A DNA stretch of 63,982 nucleotides, counting the filler, from Perkinsus chesapeaki ATCC PRA-425 (taxonomy: Eukaryota > Protista > Perkinsozoa), in NCBI GenBank assembly GCA_013115145.1. It is 12 parts of 12 records of this genome, joined end to end, with 100 filler letters (N's around TTAATTAATTAA, not from the genome) between each part and the next. Parts side by side here need not be neighbours in the genome. Positions count along the whole stretch, not along the records: positions 10,042 to 37,991 come from JAAPAO010000484.1; positions 38,092 to 39,717 come from JAAPAO010001859.1; positions 39,818 to 41,972 come from JAAPAO010001661.1; positions 42,073 to 44,614 come from JAAPAO010001579.1; positions 44,715 to 46,355 come from JAAPAO010001848.1; positions 46,456 to 48,185 come from JAAPAO010001808.1; positions 48,286 to 54,167 come from JAAPAO010001123.1; 5 more parts are not named here. One strand, given 5' to 3'. Shown here in pieces: positions 36,673-48,462 of the stretch. The notes beneath the pieces were generated by a model. The model saw nothing but the letters and a program-made list of their open reading frames with translations. It did no database searches and was not told the origin of the DNA. How positions within the stretch are numbered: the first letter of the stretch is position 1; the number at the start of each line of letters is the position of its first letter. The position numbers were made by a program, and so were the translations under genes.

Positions 36673-38282
36673 CGCAAAAGAGGGAAAAATTATCCTAGGA
36701 TACATGTGAACGGAAAATTTGTAGTATCTTGTCACTCTAAGCCGAGGCTTCCCAGTGACAACCGTCATAAGAAAGACACTGACGACTGCAATAACCGGAA
36801 GACCCAGAGGAGAAGAGGGTGCGGCATCTTGTGGCTCTAAACCGAATCTTTCCAGTGGATACATTCGTGTTACACAACTTGAAATAGGAGAAATAACGAT
36901 TCACATCAGGCACAGCGCCTAGAACTGCCCGAACTATGAATGATCACAAAGTGATCTTATACACGCAAGCGCCTCGCCTAAGCTGAGCGCAGAGTGGGAA
37001 CGCACAGTGTGGCCGAAGAGCATCGCTCGCTGGAAACAGGGTCTCGAATGAACGAGCCGTCAACAAACTGATAACAACAGAAGAGAGACCAAAGTGGCCA
37101 AACTCGCTATCTCGAGTTGTTTAACAAACAGAAGGGGGAGACAGCACTGCTGCCACAAGAGGCGCGTACATAGCCGCACACTGTGCGGAGCACGAGTAGC
37201 GCAGCAGCCGGCTGCTGCCCCAGACACTGAAAAGGGAAGAGGACCGTCAAGACGGCATTTCCAGACAGCAGGGCGACAGATTCGTGCCTTCAAGGGGTTG
37301 CAGAACGGTAGCAAGAGCCGGTGAGGGGAGCATACAGTTTAGTGGGAGCCGTCAGGAATCCTGACTCAGGATGGCGCTCCACGTGGCCTCCTAGAACTAC
37401 GCTCAGCGAGCACGAAGTCCCTCATCTACTCGTCTACGGAGCTTCTTGATTGTAACCTGCTTCGGGAGCCGTGGTTCTCGGAAGGAATGTAGTGTGAAAC
37501 TCGCCCTAACGTGGGACGCTCGGGTCGTTCCCGGCAATGCCGGGCCGGTACAGTGATCATGGCACCTGTGGAATGGATCCGATTTGGCTCCAGCTTGCCG
37601 TAGCAATTCACAACTAAAAACTATGGTTTCGGGCATGCGCAAGTTCGATTTCTAGCCTATTCTTCTATTTCTATTAGTCACAGTAGATCCACGTATACCG
37701 ATATATAAGATGGTCATTTTAAGAGTTAGAGCCAGCGCTGGCTCAGTTCCTGAATATAAGTCTGATTACCGATTGAGACCGTCAACGATACTATCGTGTG
37801 TAAGTCACCAGCCCCGCTCGATTGGCATGCATTACTTGATCATTAAACTTGCTAGCGGTGGAAAGCTATAATGTGTAGCACAAGATATTGTGTGTAGCGT
37901 AAAATAGCGTGCTTGTAAGGAGCGCACGTTGTGTGTTGGTTGCACCACCCATGGCAGTTTCGGGGTCACCCGGGGTTGAGTTAGTCAGTTGNNNNNNNNN
38001 NNNNNNNNNNNNNNNNNNNNNNNNNNNNNNNNNNNTTAATTAATTAANNNNNNNNNNNNNNNNNNNNNNNNNNNNNNNNNNNNNNNNNNNNATCTTAGAC
38101 CAAGCATAGTGTACATTGCGTTACTCAGTTTGGAACGGTAAACCTGATTATAGGGTGGACTTATCGCGAACTACAGCATTTCCGGGTAATGTTTCTGAAT
38201 TGCGCACTCTTATATCCGACAGCTGACAATACAACTACAATGGCGAAAATATATAGATCACCGAGGCGAGCGCTAAAATCAA

Positions 38283-38423
38283 ACACGCCCCGTCCCATGT
38301 CCCAATATCGGGGTCTGCGCGCAAGCGCAGACGAAAAAAATATTTCCGGAAATTTCCGGAAATTTCCAACGGAAATTTCCGAAATGGAAATATTTTGCTG
38401 TTTCCGAAAAATGAAACACCCTG
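38283..38423 (-). mobile_element. Terminus of a CAGGG-ended repeat (hAT-like end); same family as 59946-60085
   Basis: The reverse complement matches 59946-60085 over ~140 bp: CAGGGTGTTTCATTTTTCGG followed by GGAAATTTCC subterminal repeats. Confidence 0.75.
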
Positions 38424-38719
38424 GGAAGTCCTCGGCCTATAGCGTTATTGGGTGAGTTTCCTAGCTAGTGGGGCCCAGGCTCTGGGTAACTTGAGTCTCC
38501 CAGGCTCAGACCTGCTAAGTCACTCAGTGTGGGAAACTGTGCGGCTTACCAAACGTGACACGCTAATCTGATTCGGTGAGGGTCGTAATACGACATGCCA
38601 AAATAAACGTAACTCAAGTAAAAACTATCACCAATTCAAGGGGACCGCACAAATACGGGCAGACTTTCGCAAAAAGTAAGATAGATATGCCTTCCGCTAA
38701 TAACAAACCACGGTATATC

Positions 38720-39020
38720 GTGTAGCTCTTTCATCGGTTGCTCTTTCATCCACTGCCACTTCATACATTCGCGTTTCGTCCACTGCCACTTCATCCATTA
38801 GCATTACGTCCACCTNNNNNNNNNNNNNNNNNNNNNNNNNNNNNNNNNNNNNNNNNNNNNNNNNNNNNNNNNNNNNNNNNNNNNNNNNNNNNNNNNNNNN
38901 NNNNNNNNNNNTCCTCTCACCTTCATCCATTAACATTCCGTCCACCTCTCACCTTCATCCATTAACATTCCGTCCACCTCTCACCTTCATCCATTAACAT
39001 TCCGTCCACCTCTCACCTTC
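38720..39020. repeat. 32-bp pyrimidine-rich minisatellite spanning an N gap
   Basis: Unit TCCACCTCTCACCTTCATCCATTAACATTCCG, with degenerate ~30-bp variants on the left. 32 is not a multiple of 3, so it is probably non-coding. Confidence 0.85.
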
Positions 39021-39817
39021 GCGTTGGTCAGAAAAAATCATGGTTGAGGGCACACGACGGCGCTTGTGCGTACGTACGCATGGTGGCGCACGGTGATGGC
39101 CACAGCACGCGTGTACAACGGAAGAAGGTAGCCGTGGGAATATGACCTACACTGTTTAGAGTGTTTCGAGATCAGCCAGATTGAGACTCAACGCTCTAGT
39201 CTTGAGCCATCGAATTAATCTGCGAATGACAGCGGATATTTCGGATGTACGGCAAGCGTCAAACTGGCAAGAGTTATCATGAGGGAGGACTCCTCCGGGA
39301 GAAGTAGCGGTTGCTCGGCGGCATCAGGTGCAGGAGGAATCGTAGTCAGACGAAACGGCCAGAGCCACTTCATAGATGGACGCACGCTTGAACGACGGAG
39401 AACCACAATGGGGACAATCAGCTCATCCGATTAACATCGAGATTATATTCCGGGAATTGTTTTTCCAATATGTTCGTTTTCCGTGTTGCGAGCCCACTTT
39501 CCCGTTGTATGCAGTATCTACTTCGCGGACGGGCAGAGAGTATTTCCTCATTTCGCACACGAAGTGAAGTATAGACTAGTACGCAACTCGGTCGCGGGCG
39601 CATGCGCACGGATTTGGTGTCACGTTTAATTGTGAGAAACTCACGGTGTCGGCGACTAGACCGGGCTTTGCATTTCATCTTCAGTGGCCCTTTTGAGCAA
39701 GTTTCTTGAGGGGGACGNNNNNNNNNNNNNNNNNNNNNNNNNNNNNNNNNNNNNNNNNNNNTTAATTAATTAANNNNNNNNNNNNNNNNNNNNNNNNNNN
39801 NNNNNNNNNNNNNNNNN

Positions 39818-39888
39818 GGCTTTGGCGCAGTAGGTAGCGCGTAGGTCTCATAATCCTAAGGTCGCGAGTTCGATCCTCGCAGGCCGCA
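39818..39888 (+). tRNA. tRNA-Met(CAT), elongator type; first 2 nt cut by the contig end
   Basis: A box TGGCGCAGTAGG, anticodon loop CTCATAA, T loop GTTCGATCC, acceptor 3' AGGCCGC-A, T-run terminator follows. Confidence 0.93.
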
Positions 39889-39942
39889 TTGTCACGTTTT
39901 AGTTTTTTTTGTGGATTGAAGCATTAGATTTACCGCTACTCG

Positions 39943-41972
39943 ATGATCGAGTCTCGATCGGTTTCGTACGCTATTCAGTCTACCACAGGGAGCCCCGGAT
40001 CGGCTTGGCCGAATGCTCATTCAGTCCCGCGGCACGCGAGGAGCAGCGATTCCAAGGTTGTGGATCGGTTGCCGCCCGATTAGTTCAGGAGGTACACACG
40101 ACCGTCTGCTCATCTTACGGTCGTGTGTCTTGCTCTCCTTCTTTTCCGAATATTCATGATATCTTCGACACTTTGTGTGGGCACCGCTGTCTGGCCGCTG
40201 CCCGGCATGTAACACTTCTCGAATATCCGCCCATACTGCCGGGCGTACAAAACTTTGCTACAGGGTCGGGCTACCGTATGGGCTACAAAACATTGGGTTT
40301 AGATGTCTCGACTGTAAGGGTTATTGGGTGTCAACAGATGAGAGATACTGCAGAACACTGAGTAGCACTACTATGTGCCGACAACAGTTCATTACGAGCG
40401 GCTCAGCGAATGCCGCGGATGACTCGATCATCAAATTGGTACGTGAAACGAGTATCGCGGCAGCATGTAGAGTCGTGGAAACCTCGGCTTGGACCGAGTA
40501 TTTGCGAACCAGGTCAGAGTATCAGGATAAACGGAAAAAGCTCATAGCTTTGCACCTGAGCAAGGAAGAGCCCAGCTTCCCTGAACTGAGCCGCAGTTAC
40601 ATCCCTAGCCGTCGTTTCCTTGTGACGGTTCTGTTATGGGACTATCAGAGAAATAGGGTTCATTTGAGACGTGAACTGAAGCAAGTAACGAGCCAAATGT
40701 CACTCAGTTGCGACCATCAGAGAGGGGTTATAAAGAAAACCAGATCGAAGGAGATCCTTGGCCAAGGAGGCCAAACCTTGACAGTAGCGGGCGACTTCAA
40801 TCTATGCTTATCGGTGGTTGCCGTACCATCGACAAGTGACGAATGGCTAGAAGACCTGTTTAGCGAGCTCAAACACAGACATAATAATCGCTTACCGCCT
40901 AGAATTTACCTTGATAAGGATTGTTGCGGTGGAATACCAGGGGTGAAATCCACTCCATCAGCTACATGGAAAAAGTACTTCTCTAAAATCGTATTAGATG
41001 GTATGCATTTGATTATGAGAATAGGGCGAGAGGTAGGCATGTTCTACTAAAAAATATGCTCATATAATGTGCGTATTGTTCCATAACAGATACCAGCTGA
41101 GAACCCCCGCCGACAGGCCTTCCTTCGAGACATATCTCGATCGATATATCAGTCACATCCTAAGGATGTGGAGAATGTGCTTCGCGCGAAGAGGCTTGTG
41201 GGGGATACTACTCCAATCTCACGCGTGGATCGCTGTCGATTTATTCGGAGGGTTATAGGTGATGGTGTCGAGACTGCCGAGCGCGTTAAGCACGTTATCG
41301 CCTCCTACCAAAAAGCTGATGCTGTCGCTCTGGAGAATGCCCAACGCACTGGGCAACCCATATCGTACTCCAAGGCAGAAGCTACAACCCCCATCATCAC
41401 AAAACGGCTGCTGAAGGTAGCACAGAGGCAAATCATACACCTCAGAAATAGGTGTTGCGAGGATAACCTTGATGATCCTCCTTATCGAAAGATAGGCAGT
41501 ATAAACTACAAAAATGGTCCAGTAGAGTTGAGCGAGTATCGCTCTTTAAGGGGTGATATGACTCGAACAGTGATCCAAAGAAGTTGGTGCTCAGGTACAT
41601 CGCGTGTGGAATCCATTCACAGTGTGATGGCGAAGGCGTTCGGGCCGATGAATGCATTAGCTGCAACGGTGTATGACTGTCGACTTTCATGGCTTATCTC
41701 GTCTTATAACCGACGGCGGCAGCTCGCTTTGAATATGAAGGTGCCACCGGTGTCGGTTACCCCCAGAGACATTGAGCTCTTCATCGCAAGTGGTGCTCTA
41801 GATCCTAACAAGTTCCCCGATTATACTCTAGCCTCGCCAGACTGCGCATCCCTACCTCTAATCGGATTCGAGTATGGGCGGTTATGTAACAATCAGGCTT
41901 CAGCCAGTTGTCTCGAAGAGGAGCTTTCCGAGGACCAAGTAGGAAAAGATGACCTAGCAGAGGTTCTGGCAC
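39943..41972 (+). mobile_element. Dada-type (DUF6729-like) DDE transposase with spliceosomal introns; 5' region apparently frameshifted, 3' end cut
   Basis: W.P..RCPAC and CLDC zinc finger, SCDHQRGV, YLDKDCC, LDGMH (DxxH), YRSLRG|TSRVESIH. Introns 41033-41089 and 41553-41594 restore the motifs. Family name is from recalled motifs. Confidence 0.75.
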
Positions 41973-42072
41973 NNNNNNNNNNNNNNNNNNNNNNNNNNNN
42001 NNNNNNNNNNNNNNNNTTAATTAATTAANNNNNNNNNNNNNNNNNNNNNNNNNNNNNNNNNNNNNNNNNNNN

Positions 42073-42560
42073 ATCATCATCATCCTCATCCTCCTTAGTA
42101 ATACCACGGAAATCATCAAACATCTGTTTCATAACCTTTGGATCATCACAGATAAAGTAACCATTATGTTGAGCATAATAACCGACCATCTTACGAAGTT
42201 CATTAAGTCGTTGTAGAAGAGTGATACCTTTCTCCTTACGCCAATAGTTAGCCATCTCGCACCATACACTACAGGCAGTGATACCATCCTTATCAGGCAC
42301 GCTCATAGTAAGGGCACTTCCCAGTGCTTCTTCATAAGCCGTGCAGTGAACCAAATTGGGATACTTAGCGGTCATCTCCAATGACTTGTTAGCCATCCAT
42401 TTGAAGCCAGTAAGAGTATCCACATAAACTCCACCATAATAATCAGATAACGCCTTGAGCATCTTAGAAGATACTGTAGAATTAATAACAAGACAACTGC
42501 TCGGATCGACACCACGACGATGGGCCATCAACAATTGCCAATCGGCGAATATTATATAGA
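42073..42560 (-). CDS. Phosphoglucomutase/phosphomannomutase (PGM2-type) internal fragment
   Basis: INSTVSSKML, TLTGFKWM, YEEALG, DKDGI motifs. Confidence 0.85.
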
Positions 42561-42914
42561 AATCAATATCTTATCACCATGAAGATGATTCATACTAAGG
42601 ATGGATATCTAAAGGATCTCACTTCACTCCATTGATGAGTGATTTTCACTGAAGGTCTCGAGGAATCTATTCAGTTTAAAACAGCTGTGACAGAACTAAA
42701 GTCGCATCACAACAATAGAGACAGGTTGGTGTAAAGCCTTGTACTATATCTCCGAATATTAACATTATGATGAAACGCAGTATTGGAGCAGTGAAATAAA
42801 GCCTGGTAGAGAGGTACAGGCGGGCGCTCTCTACAAAAAAAATAATATCGCGATGATCGTGAACGATTGATGGGCCAAGTGAAGGAGACACGAAGGAGAG
42901 CATCCTCTCTATTT

Positions 42915-44579
42915 CTAGGGGGATATGACGAACAAGGCGGCGGTGTATGCGATGCTCTGTCTCTTCGAACCACTCACATATTGGATAATATCGTCACTTT
43001 TAGGGTACCTCTGCACCCCATGATTATGAGGACATACTTCTGCAGAACAGCCGAGCCTATTAGACCACCCATTGATAGATCGGTTGTCAACAGTAGCGTT
43101 GTCATATACAAAGGCAATTTTTCGATCGTCAGAACTTTGTTTAAATTCAGAATCACAACTCTCCAGTTCGTCATCAGTTGCCTTACTGAAAGAACCTCCA
43201 CCAACCGATACTGCCTTAGTGACCAAGTTACGGCACATAAGTTCCTGGGCGATTATGGCCCCGCTACCGAATCCAACCGCATAGAACGGGACTGATCCAG
43301 TCCTTTCCTTTACTTGCTTTACAACTTCTTCCAAATAGCCAAGCTCGTCAACCTCTTCCGCATCGAATTCACAGCAACCTCTGATACGCCAAAACTCAGA
43401 TGGAGGCTTATTGTCGATAGGGCACGGTGTTGCAATGGCCACTTTGTACTGATCGCTCACAATCTTCAGACCGCCCCGCTGGTGGAAGTCCTCGCAGTGA
43501 TCTCCTTGACCTTGTATATTCAAGATAACTGCATTATAAGTTTCCGGTTGGTAAAAGATTAGTTTACGTCGACCTTCGGGGCGCTCAGAAAAATATATTT
43601 GATCCATACGAGGGAGGTTCTCTCGGGTTTGAGTCGGCGATGAAGGCAACTCAGAATCATTCGTCGTAGTTGTTGTGGTCCTTGCGATGGTTGTTGTAGT
43701 TATAGTTATATTTTTAGTTGTTGTTCTTGTAGTAGTAGTGGTTGTTGTTGTAGTTGTGGTAGTTGTAGTAGTTGTGGCAGTTGTAGTAGTTGTAGTAGTT
43801 GTAGTAGTTGTAGTTGTTGTAGTAGTGGTAGTAGTGGTTGTCGCTGTAGTTGTTGCAGTAGTTGTAGTAGTGGTTGTCGCTGTAGTTGTCGCTGTAGTTG
43901 TAGTAGTGGTTGTCGCTGTAGTTGTTGTAGTAGTTGTAGTAGTGGTTGTCGCTGTAGTTGTTGTAGTAGTTGTAGTAGTGGTTGTTGCTGTAGTTGTCGC
44001 TGTAGTTGTAGTAGTGGTTGTTGCTGTAGTTGTCGCTTGGACTGTAGCATTCCCATCACTATGCGAGGAAGTAGCAGATGTTGTCGGCAATGGAGTTGTA
44101 TCATCACCAGGTCCTACGGGACCCGGTATAATTACAGGTGGTATGAGTGGTGGCTCTTCAACAGGAGGGAGGATGGGTTTTGGAGGGGGTGGCGGGTCAT
44201 CTGGTATACTAGGGTCGGGGTTTTCTTCGGGATCCTCTTCAGGATCTTCCTCGGGGTCGTCGTCGTCCGGGTCATCATCATTGTGTTTATAGGTTGAAGT
44301 TGTAGTTGTCGTTGTAGTTGTAATTCTTGTTCTAGTAGTGGTAGTGGTAGTTGTAGTTGTTGTTCTAGTAGTGGTAGTTGTAGTTCTTGTTCTAGTAGTG
44401 GTAGTAGTCGAAGTTGTTGTTGTTGTTGTTGTTGTTCTTGTTCTTGTTCTAGTAGTGGTAGTAGTCGAAGTTGTTGTTGTTGTAGTTGTTGTTCTAGTAG
44501 TGGTAGTTGTAGTTGTTGTTCTAGTAGTGGTAGTAGTCGAAGTTGTTGTTGTTGTTGTTGTTCTTGTAGTGTTGCGCAA
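42915..44579 (-). CDS. Mucin-like Thr-rich protein with a C-terminal LpqP/PHB-depolymerase-like alpha/beta-hydrolase domain; N-terminus off contig
   Basis: Two long poly-Thr tracts and an acidic/Pro linker, then NIQGQG..GLKIVSDQYKVAIATP..W..GCC..DELGYL..AVGFGSGAIIAQELMC. Confidence 0.8.
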   Translation of the reverse strand: MRNTTRTTTTTTTSTTTTTRTTTTTTTTRTTTTTTTTSTTTTTRTRTRTTTTTTTTSTTTTTRTRTTTTTTRTTTTTTTTTTRTRITTTTTTTTSTYKHNDDDPDDDDPEEDPEEDPEENPDPSIPDDPPPPPKPILPPVEEPPLIPPVIIPGPVGPGDDTTPLPTTSATSSHSDGNATVQATTTATTTTTTTATTTATTTTTTTTTTTATTTTTTTTTTTATTTTTTTATTTATTTTTTTATTTATTTTTTTTTTTTTTTTTTTTTATTTTTTTTTTTTTTTTRTTTKNITITTTTIARTTTTTTNDSELPSSPTQTRENLPRMDQIYFSERPEGRRKLIFYQPETYNAVILNIQGQGDHCEDFHQRGGLKIVSDQYKVAIATPCPIDNKPPSEFWRIRGCCEFDAEEVDELGYLEEVVKQVKERTGSVPFYAVGFGSGAIIAQELMCRNLVTKAVSVGGGSFSKATDDELESCDSEFKQSSDDRKIAFVYDNATVDNRSINGWSNRLGCSAEVCPHNHGVQRYPKSDDIIQYVSGSKRQSIAYTAALFVISP

Positions 44580-44817
44580 TGGGCAGGCACAGCTTATGCT
44601 ACTTTGCGAGGTACNNNNNNNNNNNNNNNNNNNNNNNNNNNNNNNNNNNNNNNNNNNNTTAATTAATTAANNNNNNNNNNNNNNNNNNNNNNNNNNNNNN
44701 NNNNNNNNNNNNNNCTGCGAGGCACGCGATGTGAGCCTCATGCGACGAGACATGCGACCCGTGGGGGAATCCTCCACTGTGAAAAAAGATCGAGGAAACG
44801 CTAGCTGCGGTTCTCAA

Positions 44818-44890
44818 GCCTCGGTAGCTCAGTCGGTAGAGCGCGTGCCTTTTAAGCCCGTGGTCGCGGGTTCGAGCCCCGCCCGAGGTG
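44818..44890 (+). tRNA. tRNA-Lys(TTT)
   Basis: 73-nt cloverleaf GCCTCGG..CCGAGGT-G, loop CTTTTAA, GGTTCGAGCC; one mismatch in the anticodon stem. Confidence 0.92.
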
Positions 44891-44902
44891 AGTTACATTG
44901 TA

Positions 44903-46355
44903 CACCCCCCCACACAATTTTAGCAAAAGTTGTGCGCGACCTAAAAAGTGAGTTCTACTCAACATTTAGCACCCATACTTCTGTAGTAGACCCTCAGCCA
45001 TGGTAGTTATATGATATTAATGTCTCATGACCTAATTATCTCCCAATCCGTATATACCCAGTTGCACGCATTTTACAACGCCACACAATCTTAGCAACAC
45101 TTTGAAACACCCTCCTTTCTCGCACCTGAAGCACTCTTCCTTATCCAAAATTACTCAGTCACTTCACAGATCCACTGTGACAAGCTTGAATCATGTCTAA
45201 GGCCAAAAACCTGACCCCACAAGACAAGGCTCGCATTAGAGCCATGCACGCGCAGAAGCTACCAAATGGCCGTTGTCGTTACTCTCGCAAGGTGATTGCT
45301 GAAGCCAATAATGTTCACGTGGCAACTGTGAGCAGAGCGGTTACCACAAATGACGATGCCATTCAGCCCAAGAAGCGAGGGCCCAAGTTCAAGCTGAACG
45401 AGTGTGCCCGCCGCCGAGTTGTTCGCTACTTCCTCCACCACCCTGGGTCTTCTGCTCCTGATGCTATCAAAGAGCTGGGTCTACAGGTCTCTGCGGAGAC
45501 TGTTCGTCGGTTCATGCGCGATTTGGGGGCACAATATGTCAAGTTGAAGACAACTCCCCCCTTGACTGATACGCACAAGGCTGCGCGCGTTAGCTTCTCG
45601 AAACAGCACCTCCATTCTTCGACGGATTTCCGTAAGTGGATATGGAGCGACGAAAAAAGGTTCTGCCTTGACGGGCCAGACGGCCTGTTTTATGTATAGA
45701 ACCTTCCTGGCAGCGTCGAGCAGTTCAAAAGCAAACGAGCTCTCAATGGTGGCGGTATAATGGTATGGGGTGCAATAAGACATGACCATACGGTCGCTCT
45801 CACCGAGGTTACGGTCCGGATGAACAGTGAGGTTTACCAGACGGTTCTCTCCGATCACTTGCTTCCCTATTGGGACGAGTTTAAAGCTTGTGGTATCGTG
45901 TTTCAACAAGATAATGCACCATGTCACACCAGCAGAAGCACTGCCGACTGGTTCCGTGCTCGTGATATTAACCCACCTAGGTGGCCGGCCTTGAGCCCCG
46001 ACCTCAGTCCAATAGAAAATATCTGGGCATACATGGTTAAAGACCTGTATGGCCCAGGAAAGCCGATTTTTCGGTCCCTAGCGGAGCTGAGGGTCGCCAT
46101 CTTTCAGGCATGGTCCCGTATTCCTTCTGATGTGATCGAGAGCTGTACCCGATCTGTTCCCAAAAGACTTATTGACGTTTTAACCGTACAGGGGCGTAAA
46201 GTAGATTACTGAGTATGTTAGAAGCTACTCAAACTGATTTTATAATCGTGATATGATGCGTAGTTTGTATGATCTAGTGTCATTGCTAAGATTGTGTGGC
46301 GTTGTAAAATGCGTGCAACTGGGTATATACGGATTGGGAGATAATTAGGTCATGA
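44903..46355 (+). mobile_element. Tc1-family transposon with long IR/DR-type ends; right end cut by the contig
   Basis: TA at 44901-44902. 45026-45100 is the inverted match of 46278-46355. Direct repeat CACACAAT(T/C)TTAGCAA occurs at both ends of the left arm. Confidence 0.88.
45193..46212 (+). pseudogene. DD34E Tc1/Tc3-like transposase with one in-frame TAG
   Basis: HTH region, WSDEK..DGPDG, MVWG, QQDNA-x34-E (SPDLSPIENIW). The two ORFs share a frame and are separated by TAG at 45697-45699. Confidence 0.92.
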
Positions 46356-46455
46356 NNNNNNNNNNNNNNNNNNNNNNNNNNNNNNNNNNNNNNNNNNNNT
46401 TAATTAATTAANNNNNNNNNNNNNNNNNNNNNNNNNNNNNNNNNNNNNNNNNNNN

Positions 46456-47520
46456 GGGCCAGTAGCAGGACCGCAAGCACTTATACTTGTAAGCAGCGCT
46501 GTGGAAGGCTGAGCGGGTTGGCTTGTGGCGTTCCCACAGGCAGGGTCTGCAGAAATCGGTTTCTTCTTGCGTTGGTTTTTTGGAGCTCTCTTCTTCCGTC
46601 TTGTGTTCGCTGTAGGAGGTGGCGGAGCCGGAATAGCCGTGTGCTTTAAATCATGCACGGCATTACTTAGCGACCCAGGGAAGAATACAGATGCCGAACC
46701 TAAAGTAAATCTTGCAGTGGATTCAAACTTAGAGTTTTAAAGTACCCAAGAATCCGTCTTACCCCTTTTATCAACACTTTCTTTGTTCATATCGTTTTTC
46801 TTCAGATTACTCTGACCACTGGCGTGCGGCGGATCATCATGCGTAAATTTGCCACCAAACAAATCTCCGAGGCTACACTCAGGATTTAGAATACGATCGA
46901 GGTCATTCCCTGATAGACTCTCGAGGAACCTAACGGAGACTTGCTATGATAAAATACCGTAAGTCATATTTTATAGCAAAAAATTGGTTTTCAACTTGCC
47001 TTATGGTGGAGTCTCCAACAAGCTCATTATCGATACAAGCTTGACTCTGCATCCTTTTGTGTTGTTTAGCATTGGTATCACACACGGGTTGCTGTACAGC
47101 ATGGGACTCAGTAAATGTGTTCGCTTTGTTGACTATTGACGATACAGCAGATACACTTGAGCCAGCTGTATGAGCTGTTGGTAAGACCCTAGTTTGCCCA
47201 CTGTGATAGCTCAAATCATCCGAGAAATTGTCCTCGATGGGATCATCGATAACGGGGTCCTCATCAATCGATACGGGTCTACTTCTTTTTAAACCATATA
47301 TGTCTACTTCTCTGGGCATTGCTTTAGTTGATCTCCCTTTCGGCTTGGGCTTCGGTTTTGCCTTAGCCTTACCCTTAGGTCTACTACGCACACTTGGCTT
47401 GGCTTTCGGCTTGGCAGCTGGCTGTTGGATGTAACGTGCTGGGCGCCTGATAGGCGTGCCAGTCGAGTTGCGAGTTTGCATCGGTTGGGGTTTAAAACTA
47501 CAATACGCATGTAATCTCAA
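46456..47520 (-). CDS. Hypothetical basic Lys/Pro-rich protein (spliced, 3' cut)
   Basis: AKPKAKP..KGKAKAKPKPKPK segment and NLS-like RRKKR/RKKK segments; GT-AG introns. Confidence 0.45.
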
Positions 47521-48462
47521 TATTTCTCCGTGATAACTTTGGTCCGCGCTGATTGGGCGTTGTAGGGTGTTTCAATATTCAGGTTGCATTCGCGTGGGAG
47601 CGGCTTTAGTGATTTGACCGGAACTGTGGATTGCGCCGCATTTTAGGACTCTACAAATTGTCACACCTGATGCCGTAGTGAATTCGAACTGTGTAAAGTG
47701 CCGATGATAGCGAAGAACTGGGTGAGAAAATCCGCAAACGTTTCATTTATTTAATAGCTTATTAATAGTAAGGTGTTTCAAGCCCACACTCCATGCAATA
47801 TCATATTGCCAATATGTTTTCCAGCAATAACTATTATTGAGTTGAATCGGAGTGGGACCCACTGGCTAGGTGGTGTATTCGTTGGGAGTTACACGTCTTT
47901 TCCACAATACGAAGTTCTGAGAGTGGGTAATTGAGGCTGTAAAATGAACAACATACAATGCAACCGCTCACTGAGTGAGCCTCACTCCTGTGCTTGTAGT
48001 GCTGAAGCGTAGTAGCGAATACTTCGAATAAGTGCCACTAGTGGAACACAACACTGTATTGAATATCACAGGACATATCACTATCATATATGGTTTACAA
48101 ATACCTCTGAAATATATGACGTTGTGGGAAAACATATCGCGCAGTGCAAGTCATATCCTTAAAATAGCGCGCCCGAGGCTAGAACNNNNNNNNNNNNNNN
48201 NNNNNNNNNNNNNNNNNNNNNNNNNNNNNTTAATTAATTAANNNNNNNNNNNNNNNNNNNNNNNNNNNNNNNNNNNNNNNNNNNNTTTTCGTTTGAACCT
48301 ATTCCACATACTGAGTTAAATTTTCGGGGCACTTTGAATTTTGGCCACACCGTGCGCCCGTGCTGAATGATAGTTAGTAACTAGTTAACAAGGAACCAAT
48401 GGATAGCTTCCATTGGACAATGTATCGCGGAACCATAATAATAATATTAGATTAGAAACTTT

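Noticed and set aside
37000-37991. RNase H / retroelement remnant (FVDGSF)
   Set aside because: A single short motif with no supporting RT or integrase motifs.
39200-39212. Second spliced-leader relic (GATGGCTCAAG on the minus strand)
   Set aside because: Only 8-9 nt match; expected by chance. The same applies to GTAGCCAT hits near 29692 and 60566.
43675-44670. Poly-Val, poly-Gln/Leu ORFs
   Set aside because: Alternative-frame and antisense readings of the ACN/ACT Thr tracts.
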